A DNA stretch of 40,741 nucleotides, taken from the NCBI GenBank assembly GCA_039024555.1, contig JBCCQQ010000058.1, positions 1 to 40,741 of the forward strand, read 5' to 3'. The notes under the pieces were generated by a model that saw only the letters and a program-made list of their open reading frames with translations, was not told the origin of the DNA and made no database searches. The stretch comes from Cyanobacteria bacterium P01_D01_bin.156. GTDB taxonomy: Bacteria; Cyanobacteriota; Cyanobacteriia; Phormidesmidales; Phormidesmidaceae. The position numbers and the translations under genes are program-made. Shown here one piece after another: positions 17,820 through 27,866 of the stretch. Position 1 is the first letter of the stretch. Every line of letters begins with the position of its first letter.

Positions 17820-19787
17820 TTAATTTTTAAGAGATTCTGGCGTCACCTCTGCCTGGATCATTGTGGCCGTCTCCTGGTCAATTGCTTCTAAGAGTTCCTG
17901 CTTGTTATCTTGCACATCTTCACCTTGAATATTGACTCGATAGCGAATAGGAGAGAGAAAACTCTGAATGCCTAAATTTTGGCAAGCCATGTGTAATTTA
18001 CTCAAACCCACATGGGGGTCAAATGCTGTTTTCGAATCCATATCCAAGGTTTTGAGATAACCCGTAAAACCTAGAAAAGCAATGCGGTAGATCATCGCCT
18101 GAGTAAACTCTCCTTGAAAGTAGCCACCATGGACATCCCGTTTTTGTAGCACCCCATCTATGGATAACAAAAAATAGTCCCACCATCCCAGCGCTTTTTT
18201 ACGACTTGCTCGGGTCAACAAACCTTGCGGTTTGGTATTCGAGGGATCATCTAAAGAGAAAGTAGCATCTTTATAATCCGTACAGTCAAAGTAGGTGAAA
18301 AAGTCTGCAATGGTCATCTTTGGCTGCACTACTTCTACCGATGTACTGGAGACCTGAGACTGACTAGATGCAATATGCTGTTGCATTAGTTGAGCTAACG
18401 TGTTGTATCCCTTATTCCTAAAGTTATAGGTGAGAAATAAATGCTCCATCACCTTGTAGGGACTACGGGCAGTAGCCTCTGCCATAGAAGAGCCATCATA
18501 TCCAAAATGTTCATCCAGAGCATTGAGATTAATAATGCCAAAATTTTTGGAATCGGAATAGCTAGATTTGAGTGATACATTCCCCAAACGGTAGCCCATA
18601 TCCTCACTACTGCTAGGAAACATAAAGTAGTTAGCTGTGGCCGATGCAACTCTAAGGGCCAAATCTCCTTCACTACTGAAAAGATAAGATTCTGCAAATC
18701 GCCGTAGGGAAGAGGATAAAAAGTTAGCTCGGCTCGACACAATTGTCAGCACTGGAATATCAGGGGATGTGAGTATTAGACGCTCCAGCTGATAAACAGA
18801 ACCAATATCGGCCGGGGGCTGGTTTCCTATTGAGCGAGAGTCAAATACATCAGAAAGAATACGCACCACATTGGTAACAACAAAACCCCCCATACTATGC
18901 CCCAGAAAAGAGAGTTTTACTTTCCGGTGGGTTTGTTGCCAGAATTTAGCAGCTGCATCAGACAAATCTGCCGTATCGGTACCATTAGATTCAGACTTCG
19001 ACATCTCTTGGGCTTTAAGATTGACCATAGCCCGATCAATTTGTCGCAGCAGCTCTACTAAATCTAGAACACCGAAATTTTGTGCCCGGTAGCGATCGCG
19101 GAAATACACCACCATACGCAAAATAATCAGAGTAACAATCACCACTGACAGGCTCAGCAGCAATACCAAAAGCAATGCCACAAAGAAACCAACATATGTA
19201 TCTCGAAATGTTGTCAATTCTAGAATTAACAAGACTAAGGCCCCGACAAAGCCAGTGAGCATCAGATCTCTTGGTAAGGGAGGCAACGCCCAAAACGCTT
19301 CCCCTAATCGCTGTATTTCAATACTTTCCGAAGGCCAGCGGTAGCCAATAAACACTTGGTTCCCATTGACGGGAATCGTCGAATCGTGGCGATTAATGTA
19401 TCGAAAAATAGTTTTATACCAATTGCGTACAGAGCTACGACTACTGTTGTAGCCATGGACAGCAATCGTCAGTTCCGGAGCTAGTCCATCCCCGCGATAA
19501 ATCTCATACAAGTAGCGAGCAATTTCCTGCACTCCCTGCGCAGCAGCCTGAATCTCTGATTCCTGCAGTTCATTAGCGTTTTCAATATTGGGTGGGGCAC
19601 TACTCATGACAAAGTAGCCAGGAATTGACACCTGGTTTTCCGTCGGTGCACCAATTTTGATTAACCTTACCTGAGCATCGTCCTGGCTATGATCAATGTC
19701 TTGATCAATGTAGTCAACAGCCTGGGACGATATAGCCTCTCGAAAAATAAACTTTCTGAGAATGACAGGTAACGGTTTAGTCTCCAT
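17820..19787 (-). CDS. alpha/beta hydrolase (DUF900-like) with two inserted transmembrane helices
   Basis: AVHGYN, GYRWPS, nucleophile elbow GHSMG, SPDI, GDLAL, VHGGYF. A hydrophobic hairpin sits between WPS and GHSMG. Confidence 0.8.
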   Translation of the reverse strand: METKPLPVILRKFIFREAISSQAVDYIDQDIDHSQDDAQVRLIKIGAPTENQVSIPGYFVMSSAPPNIENANELQESEIQAAAQGVQEIARYLYEIYRGDGLAPELTIAVHGYNSSRSSVRNWYKTIFRYINRHDSTIPVNGNQVFIGYRWPSESIEIQRLGEAFWALPPLPRDLMLTGFVGALVLLILELTTFRDTYVGFFVALLLVLLLSLSVVIVTLIILRMVVYFRDRYRAQNFGVLDLVELLRQIDRAMVNLKAQEMSKSESNGTDTADLSDAAAKFWQQTHRKVKLSFLGHSMGGFVVTNVVRILSDVFDSRSIGNQPPADIGSVYQLERLILTSPDIPVLTIVSSRANFLSSSLRRFAESYLFSSEGDLALRVASATANYFMFPSSSEDMGYRLGNVSLKSSYSDSKNFGIINLNALDEHFGYDGSSMAEATARSPYKVMEHLFLTYNFRNKGYNTLAQLMQQHIASSQSQVSSTSVEVVQPKMTIADFFTYFDCTDYKDATFSLDDPSNTKPQGLLTRASRKKALGWWDYFLLSIDGVLQKRDVHGGYFQGEFTQAMIYRIAFLGFTGYLKTLDMDSKTAFDPHVGLSKLHMACQNLGIQSFLSPIRYRVNIQGEDVQDNKQELLEAIDQETATMIQAEVTPESLKN

Positions 19788-20292
19788 GATGTTCTCCCTG
19801 ACAAAGTATGTATCGGTTTGAGATTGCTAGCTCTATGGCGAGTTACAAACCACAAGCCGGTAATTCGTTGACAATTACCACTTAACCATCCGCGCTTTAG
19901 GACAGCGTACATCTTAAATATGGATTTTCATCGTTGCTAAGGTGTTAGGAAAGGTAGTGTGCACCCAGCGCGAACTACAAATCAAAATTGATGATTTCCG
20001 AATTGCTAGTAGCATGAGCGGCACCTATTGCAACCATATTTCGTAAATCGATAGCAGGATTTCGACCACAATCAAAATAACGATGTACCATTCCACACAA
20101 TGACTGCTGCCCTTTAGGTAACGAGATCACCTGATTGGCAACATAGGAATCGTCTGTAGGTGTCGTTCGGGAAACCATGATGATCAGAGCAGTCTTGAGT
20201 AGGAATAGACCCATAATAAATCTGGATTATCCGCAATGCTCTTGGCTTGACTACCAGTGTTATCAGCTCAAACGTGAGTAACAAAGCGACTA

Positions 20293-20838
20293 TTAATACG
20301 GCCCAAACATAAAGTTGGCGGGCACAGAAGGCTCGTTTAAGTAGAAAAAGTCATGGATCAACGTGAGCACCTCATCTTGATTCAAAACTCCATCCTGATT
20401 GACATCGAGATTAAGAAAGATGGATGAAGCGTAAATGGGCAGCACATTGAACACTGACAGCAAGCTAATCCATTCCTGCTCATTAATTTGACCATCATTA
20501 TTCTGATCACAGGCATCAAATAGCAGCGTGACCAGGGCAATGACTCGGTTGGCATACTGCTTCATGTCATCCAAAACTTGCCCGTAGTAAGTGAGCCATT
20601 CATCTAGGGTAATCTGAGCATCGTTGTCCTGATCCGCTGCCTCACACAGACATTGCCAGTCCTGCTGCAGATGGGCCAAAATCTGCGTATGTTGGGAAGA
20701 GGCCTGTAGCTCTTCTCGCAACGTAGCCAACCGTGTGGCCAAGGCAATAAAATCTTGCTGCACCAAGATGCCATCATGATTAGCATCGTACAAATTAAAG
20801 AGCTTGGTTAATTTGCGAACTTGAATATCCGTTAGCAT
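20293..20838 (-). CDS. four-EF-hand calcium-binding protein (calerythrin/SCP-like)
   Basis: Loops DANHDGILVQQD, DQDNDAQITLDE, DQNNDGQINEQE and DVNQDGVLNQDE, C-terminal FGPY. ATG at 20838 preferred. Confidence 0.88.
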   Translation of the reverse strand: MLTDIQVRKLTKLFNLYDANHDGILVQQDFIALATRLATLREELQASSQHTQILAHLQQDWQCLCEAADQDNDAQITLDEWLTYYGQVLDDMKQYANRVIALVTLLFDACDQNNDGQINEQEWISLLSVFNVLPIYASSIFLNLDVNQDGVLNQDEVLTLIHDFFYLNEPSVPANFMFGPY

Positions 20839-21116
20839 CGGCAAGGCCTGGCAAGCGTGGGTCTGATCATTAGCGGTTGGCCTAGGGACGCAACCCATCT
20901 AAAAGAAACGCCGCCTCGCAGCATTCTTTAGATAACATCACACCAGGAAGGAACAACGCGGACAATTTTAGCGGCTGCAGATTGAAGTTGTGGATTTTCC
21001 TGGATATCTTAGCGATTGGTATTAGGCAAGCATCCTAAAATTGAGTAACCGTATCAGCGATTGTTCGCAAAGCACAGCTAGACACGGTGCTCCGTCCCAT
21101 GGTTCCACCAGCCCCT

Positions 21117-23846
21117 ATGACTGCATCTAAGACCACTGCCCCTGATCAGCAGCGTTCTGACGCCAAAGATATTGGTATTCCGGAAAGACTGCTTAAACAT
21201 ACGGTGCGTTATACGGATTACAGGGACGTTAATCGGGACGACTTTACACCGATGATGCACCACTACGCTAAGGTGAAGGATGCCTATCCTTACGCACTAC
21301 TGCTCTATCGAGTAGGGGATTTTTTTGAGACATTTTTTCAAGATGCGATCGCAATTGCCCGTGAGCTAGAGCTGGTGCTCACCAGTAAAGACGCCGGAAA
21401 AGCCATTGGTAAAGTACCTTTAGCAGGAATTCCTCACCATGCCCTAGACCGCTATTGTGCACTACTGGTGGACAAAGGATTTGCCATTGCCATTTGCGAC
21501 CAGGTAGAAGATCCGGCCCAGGCCCAAGGCTTGGTAAAGCGGGAAGTCACCCGCGTGATCACCCCTGGAACTATCCTAGAAGAAGGCATGCTAACGGCTA
21601 AACGCAACAACTTTTTAGCAGCGTTAGTCATTGCTGACAAAAACTGGGGGTTAGCCCACGCTGATGTATCCACTGGAGAGTTTTTTACCACCCAAGGCAA
21701 CACCATAGACCAGCTAGTCCAAGAGCTGATGCGGCTACAGCCCGCTGAGGTATTAGTCCCTACAAACGCCCCTGACATAGGAGCTTTATTAAGACCAGGA
21801 GAAATCTCCGACCAACTTCCTGAAGGTCTCCCGGCACAGTTTTGTTACACGTTCCGATCGCAAAGCGCATTTACCCAGGCTGAAGCTAAACAACGATTGT
21901 TGCAGAGCTACCGGGTACGATCCTTAGAAGGATTTGGCTGTGAGCGTTTACCCTTGGCAGTGAGAGCTGCCGGAGGACTTTTACAGTACCTAGAAGATAC
22001 CCAGAAAGAGAGTTTGGCACCGCTGCAGCCCCTCTCTACCTATACCACTACCGAATTTCTGGTCATCGACAATCAAACCCGTCGCAATCTGGAGATTACT
22101 CAAACCGTACGGGATGGCATCTTCCATGGTTCACTACTGTGGGCCTTGGATAAAACCACCACGGCCATGGGCAGTCGAGCCTTACGCCGTTGGCTACTGC
22201 AGCCTCTTCTCAGCATTGCCAAAATCCAAGAACGACAGGAAACCATTCGCGAGCTGGTAGAAAATGGCACCCTACGACAGCAGCTACAGCTTATCCTCAA
22301 GCAAATTTATGATTTAGAAAGACTAGCCGGCAGAGCTGGTTCCGGAACGGCGAACGGTCGAGACTTGGTGGCCATGGCAGAGTCTTTTGAAAAGCTACCG
22401 GATCTTGCAGCTCTGATGGCCCATGCTCAGTCACCTTACTTAGTCAAGCTGCAAACCGTGCCACCTGAACTAGAACAGCTAGGACGAAAGCTGCGATCGT
22501 ACCTAGTGGATAGCCCGCCGCTATATTTAACCGACGGCGGCATTATTCGTGAAGGTGTGGACGCTCACCTAGACGGGTTGCGAGATCAAGTTAACAGCGA
22601 CCAGCGATGGATTGCCGACTTAGAAATCACTGAACGAGAACGTACGGGCATTTCCAATCTGAAAGTTGGTTTTAACAAAGCTTTTGGTTATTACATAAGT
22701 ATTTCGCGGGCAAAAAGCAGTCAGGCACCAGACGACTACATTCGCAAACAAACCCTCACCAACGAGGAGCGATACATCACTCCTGAACTCAAAGAACGGG
22801 AAGCTCGAATTCTCAATGCTAAGGACGAGATTAACCAGATCGAGTATGAGATCTTTTTGGGCCTACGGGAAGATGTGGGGCAGTATGCTGAACTCATTCG
22901 CAAAGTAGCTGTCAATGTGGCTGCTGCAGACGTACTGTGCGGCCTGGCAGAGATCGCGATTTATCAAGGGTACTGCCAGCCAGATATGGTGGCAGGCCGC
23001 AAGCTGGACATCCAAGCGGGACGGCATCCGGTGGTAGAACAATCGCTGCCTGCAGGCTTTTTTGTGCCGAACTCTACGGGCTTAGGCTATGAGAAATCGC
23101 TGAATGACAATGTGGGTCAGGCTTACAGTACAAGTGCAAAACCTGGAAAAGCCATTCCCCATTTTCCAGATCTGATTATTTTGACCGGCCCCAACGCCAG
23201 CGGGAAGAGCTGTTATCTACGGCAGGTGGGATTGATTCAGTTAATGGCCCAGGTCGGAAGCTTTGTACCAGCCAAGCAGGCCGTCTTAGGGGTGTGCGAT
23301 CGCATCTTTACCCGCGTGGGAGCAGTGGATGATCTAGCGACCGGTCAATCAACTTTCATGGTGGAAATGAACGAAACCGCTAACATCCTCAACCATGCCA
23401 CACCCAAGTCACTAGTCCTACTAGACGAAATTGGACGCGGCACCGCTACCTTTGACGGCCTCTCTATCGCTTGGGCGGTAGCAGAACACCTAGCCAGCGC
23501 CATTCATGCTCGTACAATTTTTGCCACTCATTACCATGAGCTCAATGAGCTCGCATCGATGCTTCAAAATGTGGCAAATTTCCAGGTCACCGTTAAAGAA
23601 ATGCCTGATCAAATTATTTTTCTACACCAGGTTCAACCTGGCGGGGCCGATCGCTCCTATGGCATTGAAGCCGGGCGCTTAGCAGGTCTACCACCTAGCG
23701 TCATTAAACGAGCACAGCAAGTAATGGGGCAGATTGAAAAACACAGTAAAATAGCCGTTGGTCTGCGGGGTAGTTCATCAAAAGCGACCAAAATACCAAA
23801 AGTTACAGAATCGAAACCTAATCCACAGTTAACTATTTTTGAATAG
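21117..23846 (+). CDS. mutS: DNA mismatch repair protein MutS
   Basis: [66 protein letters not shown]. Start uncertain (21087/21099/21117). Confidence 0.98.
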   Translation: MTASKTTAPDQQRSDAKDIGIPERLLKHTVRYTDYRDVNRDDFTPMMHHYAKVKDAYPYALLLYRVGDFFETFFQDAIAIARELELVLTSKDAGKAIGKVPLAGIPHHALDRYCALLVDKGFAIAICDQVEDPAQAQGLVKREVTRVITPGTILEEGMLTAKRNNFLAALVIADKNWGLAHADVSTGEFFTTQGNTIDQLVQELMRLQPAEVLVPTNAPDIGALLRPGEISDQLPEGLPAQFCYTFRSQSAFTQAEAKQRLLQSYRVRSLEGFGCERLPLAVRAAGGLLQYLEDTQKESLAPLQPLSTYTTTEFLVIDNQTRRNLEITQTVRDGIFHGSLLWALDKTTTAMGSRALRRWLLQPLLSIAKIQERQETIRELVENGTLRQQLQLILKQIYDLERLAGRAGSGTANGRDLVAMAESFEKLPDLAALMAHAQSPYLVKLQTVPPELEQLGRKLRSYLVDSPPLYLTDGGIIREGVDAHLDGLRDQVNSDQRWIADLEITERERTGISNLKVGFNKAFGYYISISRAKSSQAPDDYIRKQTLTNEERYITPELKEREARILNAKDEINQIEYEIFLGLREDVGQYAELIRKVAVNVAAADVLCGLAEIAIYQGYCQPDMVAGRKLDIQAGRHPVVEQSLPAGFFVPNSTGLGYEKSLNDNVGQAYSTSAKPGKAIPHFPDLIILTGPNASGKSCYLRQVGLIQLMAQVGSFVPAKQAVLGVCDRIFTRVGAVDDLATGQSTFMVEMNETANILNHATPKSLVLLDEIGRGTATFDGLSIAWAVAEHLASAIHARTIFATHYHELNELASMLQNVANFQVTVKEMPDQIIFLHQVQPGGADRSYGIEAGRLAGLPPSVIKRAQQVMGQIEKHSKIAVGLRGSSSKATKIPKVTESKPNPQLTIFE

Positions 23847-23968
23847 CATTCTGTTGGAACTCAACAACAAAACTAGCTTTATACTCTCTTCACAGAAGTT
23901 GTTGTCAACTTAAAGATATTAAAAATATTTTCTCTTTGCCTTGCTTTTTAATATAACTGCTAGGGCTT

Positions 23969-24169
23969 CTAATCAATTAATTGAATTTTACCAACGGTTA
24001 ATTCATCAAAAATATGATGTACTTGTTCACGCTGATGGGGTGTTAATTCCACCATCGACAACAGTGATGAAGACAGTCTCACATGGTCTTTACGCGTTAG
24101 CTTATGGGTATCCAAAACCTGCCGTAGGATAACGTCTGGAGTTTTTTCTCTTATCTTAAAGGCAACCAT
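23969..24169 (-). CDS. small hypothetical protein (66 aa)
   Basis: Amphipathic helical pattern ending IFDELTVGKIQLID, resembling small conserved cyanobacterial proteins. Confidence 0.6.
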   Translation of the reverse strand: MVAFKIREKTPDVILRQVLDTHKLTRKDHVRLSSSLLSMVELTPHQREQVHHIFDELTVGKIQLID

Positions 24170-24353
24170 AATTTGTTCTCGCGATAATTGTTGGGAGCGC
24201 GATAGCTGTGTATTATTATCATGCCGAGAAACCTTATAATACAGGTCGCGTGATTATGCGTAAATCACTCAGAGAAAGTATGAATTTTGGATAACGGTAC
24301 ACCGTAATATCACTTGGCAAGAGAGCATTGTCCCTAACCCACTTGATATTTCT

Positions 24354-24838
24354 ATGACTGTTCGAATTCAGTTGGCAGCTGAAAAAGATCTCCAGTTGCT
24401 TTTACCACTGGTGAAGTCGTATCACCAATTTGAAGGAATTGATACGACTGATGCACATCGGGTAAAGTCCGTCTACAATTTGCTATCTGCTCCACTACTA
24501 GGCTGTATTGCCATCATCCTTGTGCACGCACAGTATGTCGGCTACATCGCTCTCACCTTTGGGTACAGCATTGAGTTTGGTGGTCGAGATGCCTTTACTG
24601 ACGAGTTCTACTACAACCTGAGTTCCGTGGTCAAGGGTTGGGCAAGCAAGCCCTAGCGATGATCCAAGAAGTCGCTAAGGCTCAAGGAATTTACGCGATT
24701 CGCTTGGAAGTCGCCCACACCAATACGAGCGCTCAACGCTTCTAGAAGCAGTTAAACTTCCAACCACGGTCTAAATACATGCTAATGTCCGCTGCTACTA
24801 CCGACACACAGCAAATCAAAAACCTAGACAGTGAATAA
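24354..24838 (+). pseudogene. GNAT acetyltransferase pseudogene (frameshift plus nonsense)
   Basis: Frame 1 encodes ..GYSIEFGGRDAFTDEFY. After a one-base shift near 24611 it continues LQPEFRGQGLGKQAL..IRLEVAHTNTSAQRF, hits TAG at 24743..24745, then KQLNF.. to TAA at 24836..24838. Confidence 0.88.
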
Positions 24839-24974
24839 ACGTAAGCAGTTTTAGATTTTACATCAAAAATACTGGCACTGCTGATCCTCGGGATGCTTTC
24901 AACGATTTAGTCCAGGCAACCCACGAGTGCTACAAATCGTTTGATCCTCTAAATCAGCAACGACAACATACCCA

Positions 24975-25427
24975 CTATGCTGCTTCGACTGGTTTTCTAA
25001 ACAGAGGTGTCACCCAAAGGGTAATCACATGGGACAACAATCCCATGGGGCCAGCAAATAAACAAATTGCTAAAGAGTGACGAGTAAATAGTTGCTGTTC
25101 CTGCCCATGAAGATAAATCCACCGCCCTACAAACAGATCCATCACCAAAAAATGAACCCAGCCAGTAGTCATCACTTTTTCATCTGAGAACAGATCGGCT
25201 AAAACCGCCAGGGTGGGATTGGCAAATTGTTCAAGCTTTTCAGGATCAAGACTAGCGACAAAGCAATAAACATAGAGGGCAGCTAAGACCGCAAAGGGAA
25301 TGTAGGACGTCATGAGCTTACGCGTAACATCCCAACTGGGCACGAGAATCATCAACACCCAAAATGGCAGAACAAAGAGATTGCCAAAATTAAAAATATA
25401 TTCAAATATCATTACCCAAAAACTCAT
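24975..25427 (-). CDS. ABA4-like / DUF4281 membrane protein
   Basis: FVLPFWVLMI, GWVHFLVMDLFVGRWIY, HSLAICLFAGPMGLLSH. Confidence 0.88.
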   Translation of the reverse strand: MSFWVMIFEYIFNFGNLFVLPFWVLMILVPSWDVTRKLMTSYIPFAVLAALYVYCFVASLDPEKLEQFANPTLAVLADLFSDEKVMTTGWVHFLVMDLFVGRWIYLHGQEQQLFTRHSLAICLFAGPMGLLSHVITLWVTPLFRKPVEAA

Positions 25428-26050
25428 TGATTAAAAGCTACATTAGCCATTGTACGGTGATGATATTAGCAATAGGGATATCACTACCTTACTGCTGCGG
25501 TTGCTAATTGAGTCAGTTGTAGCTTCTAGTCCAGCAATGCCTGCATAATCTTGGACTAGGGTACTGCAGATAGCCCAAAATTTGAGAGGGCAATCAGGTC
25601 ATCATCACCCAAGAGGAGTCCGCCTTCCTAGCCATAGCTCTGATCAGTCCTGGATTATAATCAAGAGTTAACGCATTCCAACAAAAATCATGGCGATTAT
25701 CAGCATGGGCAAAATCCATAGCCGCTGTTGGTCCTCAGACTAAGGCCCTATACAAAATATGTCGATTGGAAGCTAGATCGTTAATATCCGTCGTCGATTG
25801 AGCCAGTTTTCAACTTCTATACGGGATAAGGTCGTATCCGTCATTTGGGCTAATAAACAAATGGTTCCATAGAATTTCTCATCCCAATTGTGCGTCCAGT
25901 CAGCGCCTAGGTGCCGATAGTGTTCTTGGGCCTACTCTCAGATGAGGGTACAGCAGTCTGTTCTAAGTTTCTTGTATGGCTAGGAAGCAGAGGTTGAGAA
26001 ACATGTTCATACTGGTCGTCTTCTTACTGCGGTTGATCAACAGAAGACTT

Positions 26051-27418
26051 CTAAGACAATGGCTGTGTCCGTGGCATCTCCTCAGTCAGGTGCTGAGCAT
26101 TGGATACTATCTCAAGAGGAGGCTCAATTAAAGCTAGCCGATCCAAAACTCGAGGATCAGGCGTCTTTTCTGTGGCAATCTGGCGTAGATCATCTAACAA
26201 TTCCTCTGGAGATAGCTTTTTAGAACCTTGTTGGGTAGCTACCTGCTCTGTAGACATCTTTTCTAACGTCACCTGACGCAGGTCATCTAATAATTTATCT
26301 AAAGAGAACTTTGTTGCGATTTGCTCAGACATTAATGACGCTACAGGACCATCTGCAGCCCTAACCTGATGTAAATCTTCCAATAATTTATCTAGAGAGG
26401 GCTTGAACAGAGCTTTTTGAGTGAGTAATTGCTCTACAGATATATTTTCAGACTTCACCTGACGTAATTCAACCAATAAGTCATCTAAAGACAGCTTTGT
26501 GCGCAGCTGCTGGATCGGAAGTTGCTGGCATCCTTCTACCCCAGCCAAAGCCTGATTCAATATCTCGGACGCCTCGCTAAGAAGGTCTTGGCCAGTGCTC
26601 TGCTTCTCCGCTGTTACTGAAACCTCGGTTGAGGACCGCGGCTCTGCTCTATTCTCTGTAGAAATATGCGTATTCTCTACAACAGGAGTATCAAGATCGA
26701 ATGTCTCAGGCTGTTGAGGAATATCAAGAATGACAGACTCTTCTAAGGTGGTGACTACAGACCAATCATTGAAAACATAGTTACTGGGCTGATCGGCCCA
26801 GCTACCTTTTCCGTTCAAGCCAATCGTGAAAGTGTCACCAGTCAACAGCAATCCATTCCAACTAGCATTGCCGACGGTATAAACATTGACACTATTCTCT
26901 ATACGATGCTCAACAATTTCACCATGCCACAGCTCAACAATCTCAAACTGCGACTCAAATTGGAGTTTCCAACTATCCAGAGGCTCCTCACCACTGTAGG
27001 TAAAGCTGAGATTAGCCGTAAAGCCATCAGGCCAATCGTTAGCAATTTCAAACTCTACTGCCCCAGCAGCTGATGGGGTATGTGCATCGGCAAAAACAGG
27101 TGAGTCAGCTACCGGCTCAAAGTAAACGGGTTGGGCAATCACAGTTATTTGATGATCTGCCACCTTTGCATTGCGTCCAACAAAACCAACTTTAGTTTGC
27201 TCACCAGGGCCTACGCAAGAATTCCACCCCTTAGCTCTAACTGTGTAGCGATGATTTTGGTGTTCAATAATCTCTCCGCCCCAGAGAGTTTCGATATCAA
27301 ATGTGGTTTCAAAGGTTAGCACCCAATCATCAAGAATTTTGGTGTCCTGATTTTGCAGATGAATATATCCAACGAAGCCATGCCCCCAGTCTTGGGAAAC
27401 TTCAAAAGCAGTCTGCAT
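26051..27418 (-). CDS. tandem CBM2 (cellulose-binding) domain protein with C-terminal 31-aa repeats
   Basis: Two CBM2-like units (DWGHGF..W.LTF..LWGG..GWN..GFVG and DWPDGF..WKLQF..LWHG..SWN..GLNG), an acidic linker, then four KxSLDxLLxDLRQV repeats. ATG at 27418 preferred. Confidence 0.8.
   Translation of the reverse strand: MQTAFEVSQDWGHGFVGYIHLQNQDTKILDDWVLTFETTFDIETLWGGEIIEHQNHRYTVRAKGWNSCVGPGEQTKVGFVGRNAKVADHQITVIAQPVYFEPVADSPVFADAHTPSAAGAVEFEIANDWPDGFTANLSFTYSGEEPLDSWKLQFESQFEIVELWHGEIVEHRIENSVNVYTVGNASWNGLLLTGDTFTIGLNGKGSWADQPSNYVFNDWSVVTTLEESVILDIPQQPETFDLDTPVVENTHISTENRAEPRSSTEVSVTAEKQSTGQDLLSEASEILNQALAGVEGCQQLPIQQLRTKLSLDDLLVELRQVKSENISVEQLLTQKALFKPSLDKLLEDLHQVRAADGPVASLMSEQIATKFSLDKLLDDLRQVTLEKMSTEQVATQQGSKKLSPEELLDDLRQIATEKTPDPRVLDRLALIEPPLEIVSNAQHLTEEMPRTQPLS
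26178..26500 (-). repeat. four degenerate coding tandem repeats, period 93 nt
   Basis: ATCTGG/ACCTGA anchors at 26178, 26271, 26364 and 26457, each exactly 93 nt apart. Confidence 0.85.
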
Positions 27419-27866
27419 ACTGTTATAGATCTCTAGAACGGAATATATAAATCTGAAACGATGCAATCCGCTAACGATAGACAAGCTAAGAGGACAGCTT
27501 TAGCACACCACCTATGATTGGGTAATACACCTACAACATATGCTTTGATTCGAGGATAAAATCGTATCGACAGGATTATGAAACGGACTTCGGATAAACC
27601 TTACACAATTCGTACACAATAGAAATTTGCTTCATATTGAGAACATTTTTGAGGCTATATCACGTCTCAAATTAGGCAAATTTTAATCTGTGTCTATGGG
27701 CGTTTACACCGTGAAATATGCCTTCTGAGTAGCAGGCAACTACTTTGGGATGGCCCATTATGGAAGGGCAAATATCAAGAAATAGTTAGCAATTATTTTG
27801 TTGCCAGATTTTATTTTTGACTCAACATCTGTCAGGCTGTAACAACGCTCGTATCAGTTTTAGAAG

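Noticed and set aside
19975..20214. 79-aa ORF in the gap between the hydrolase and EF-hand genes
   Set aside because: No motif, RBS or compositional support. It cannot be distinguished from a chance ORF.
23085..23170. Insertion before the MutS Walker A motif as an intein
   Set aside because: Only about 25 aa with no intein terminal motifs, so a variable surface loop.
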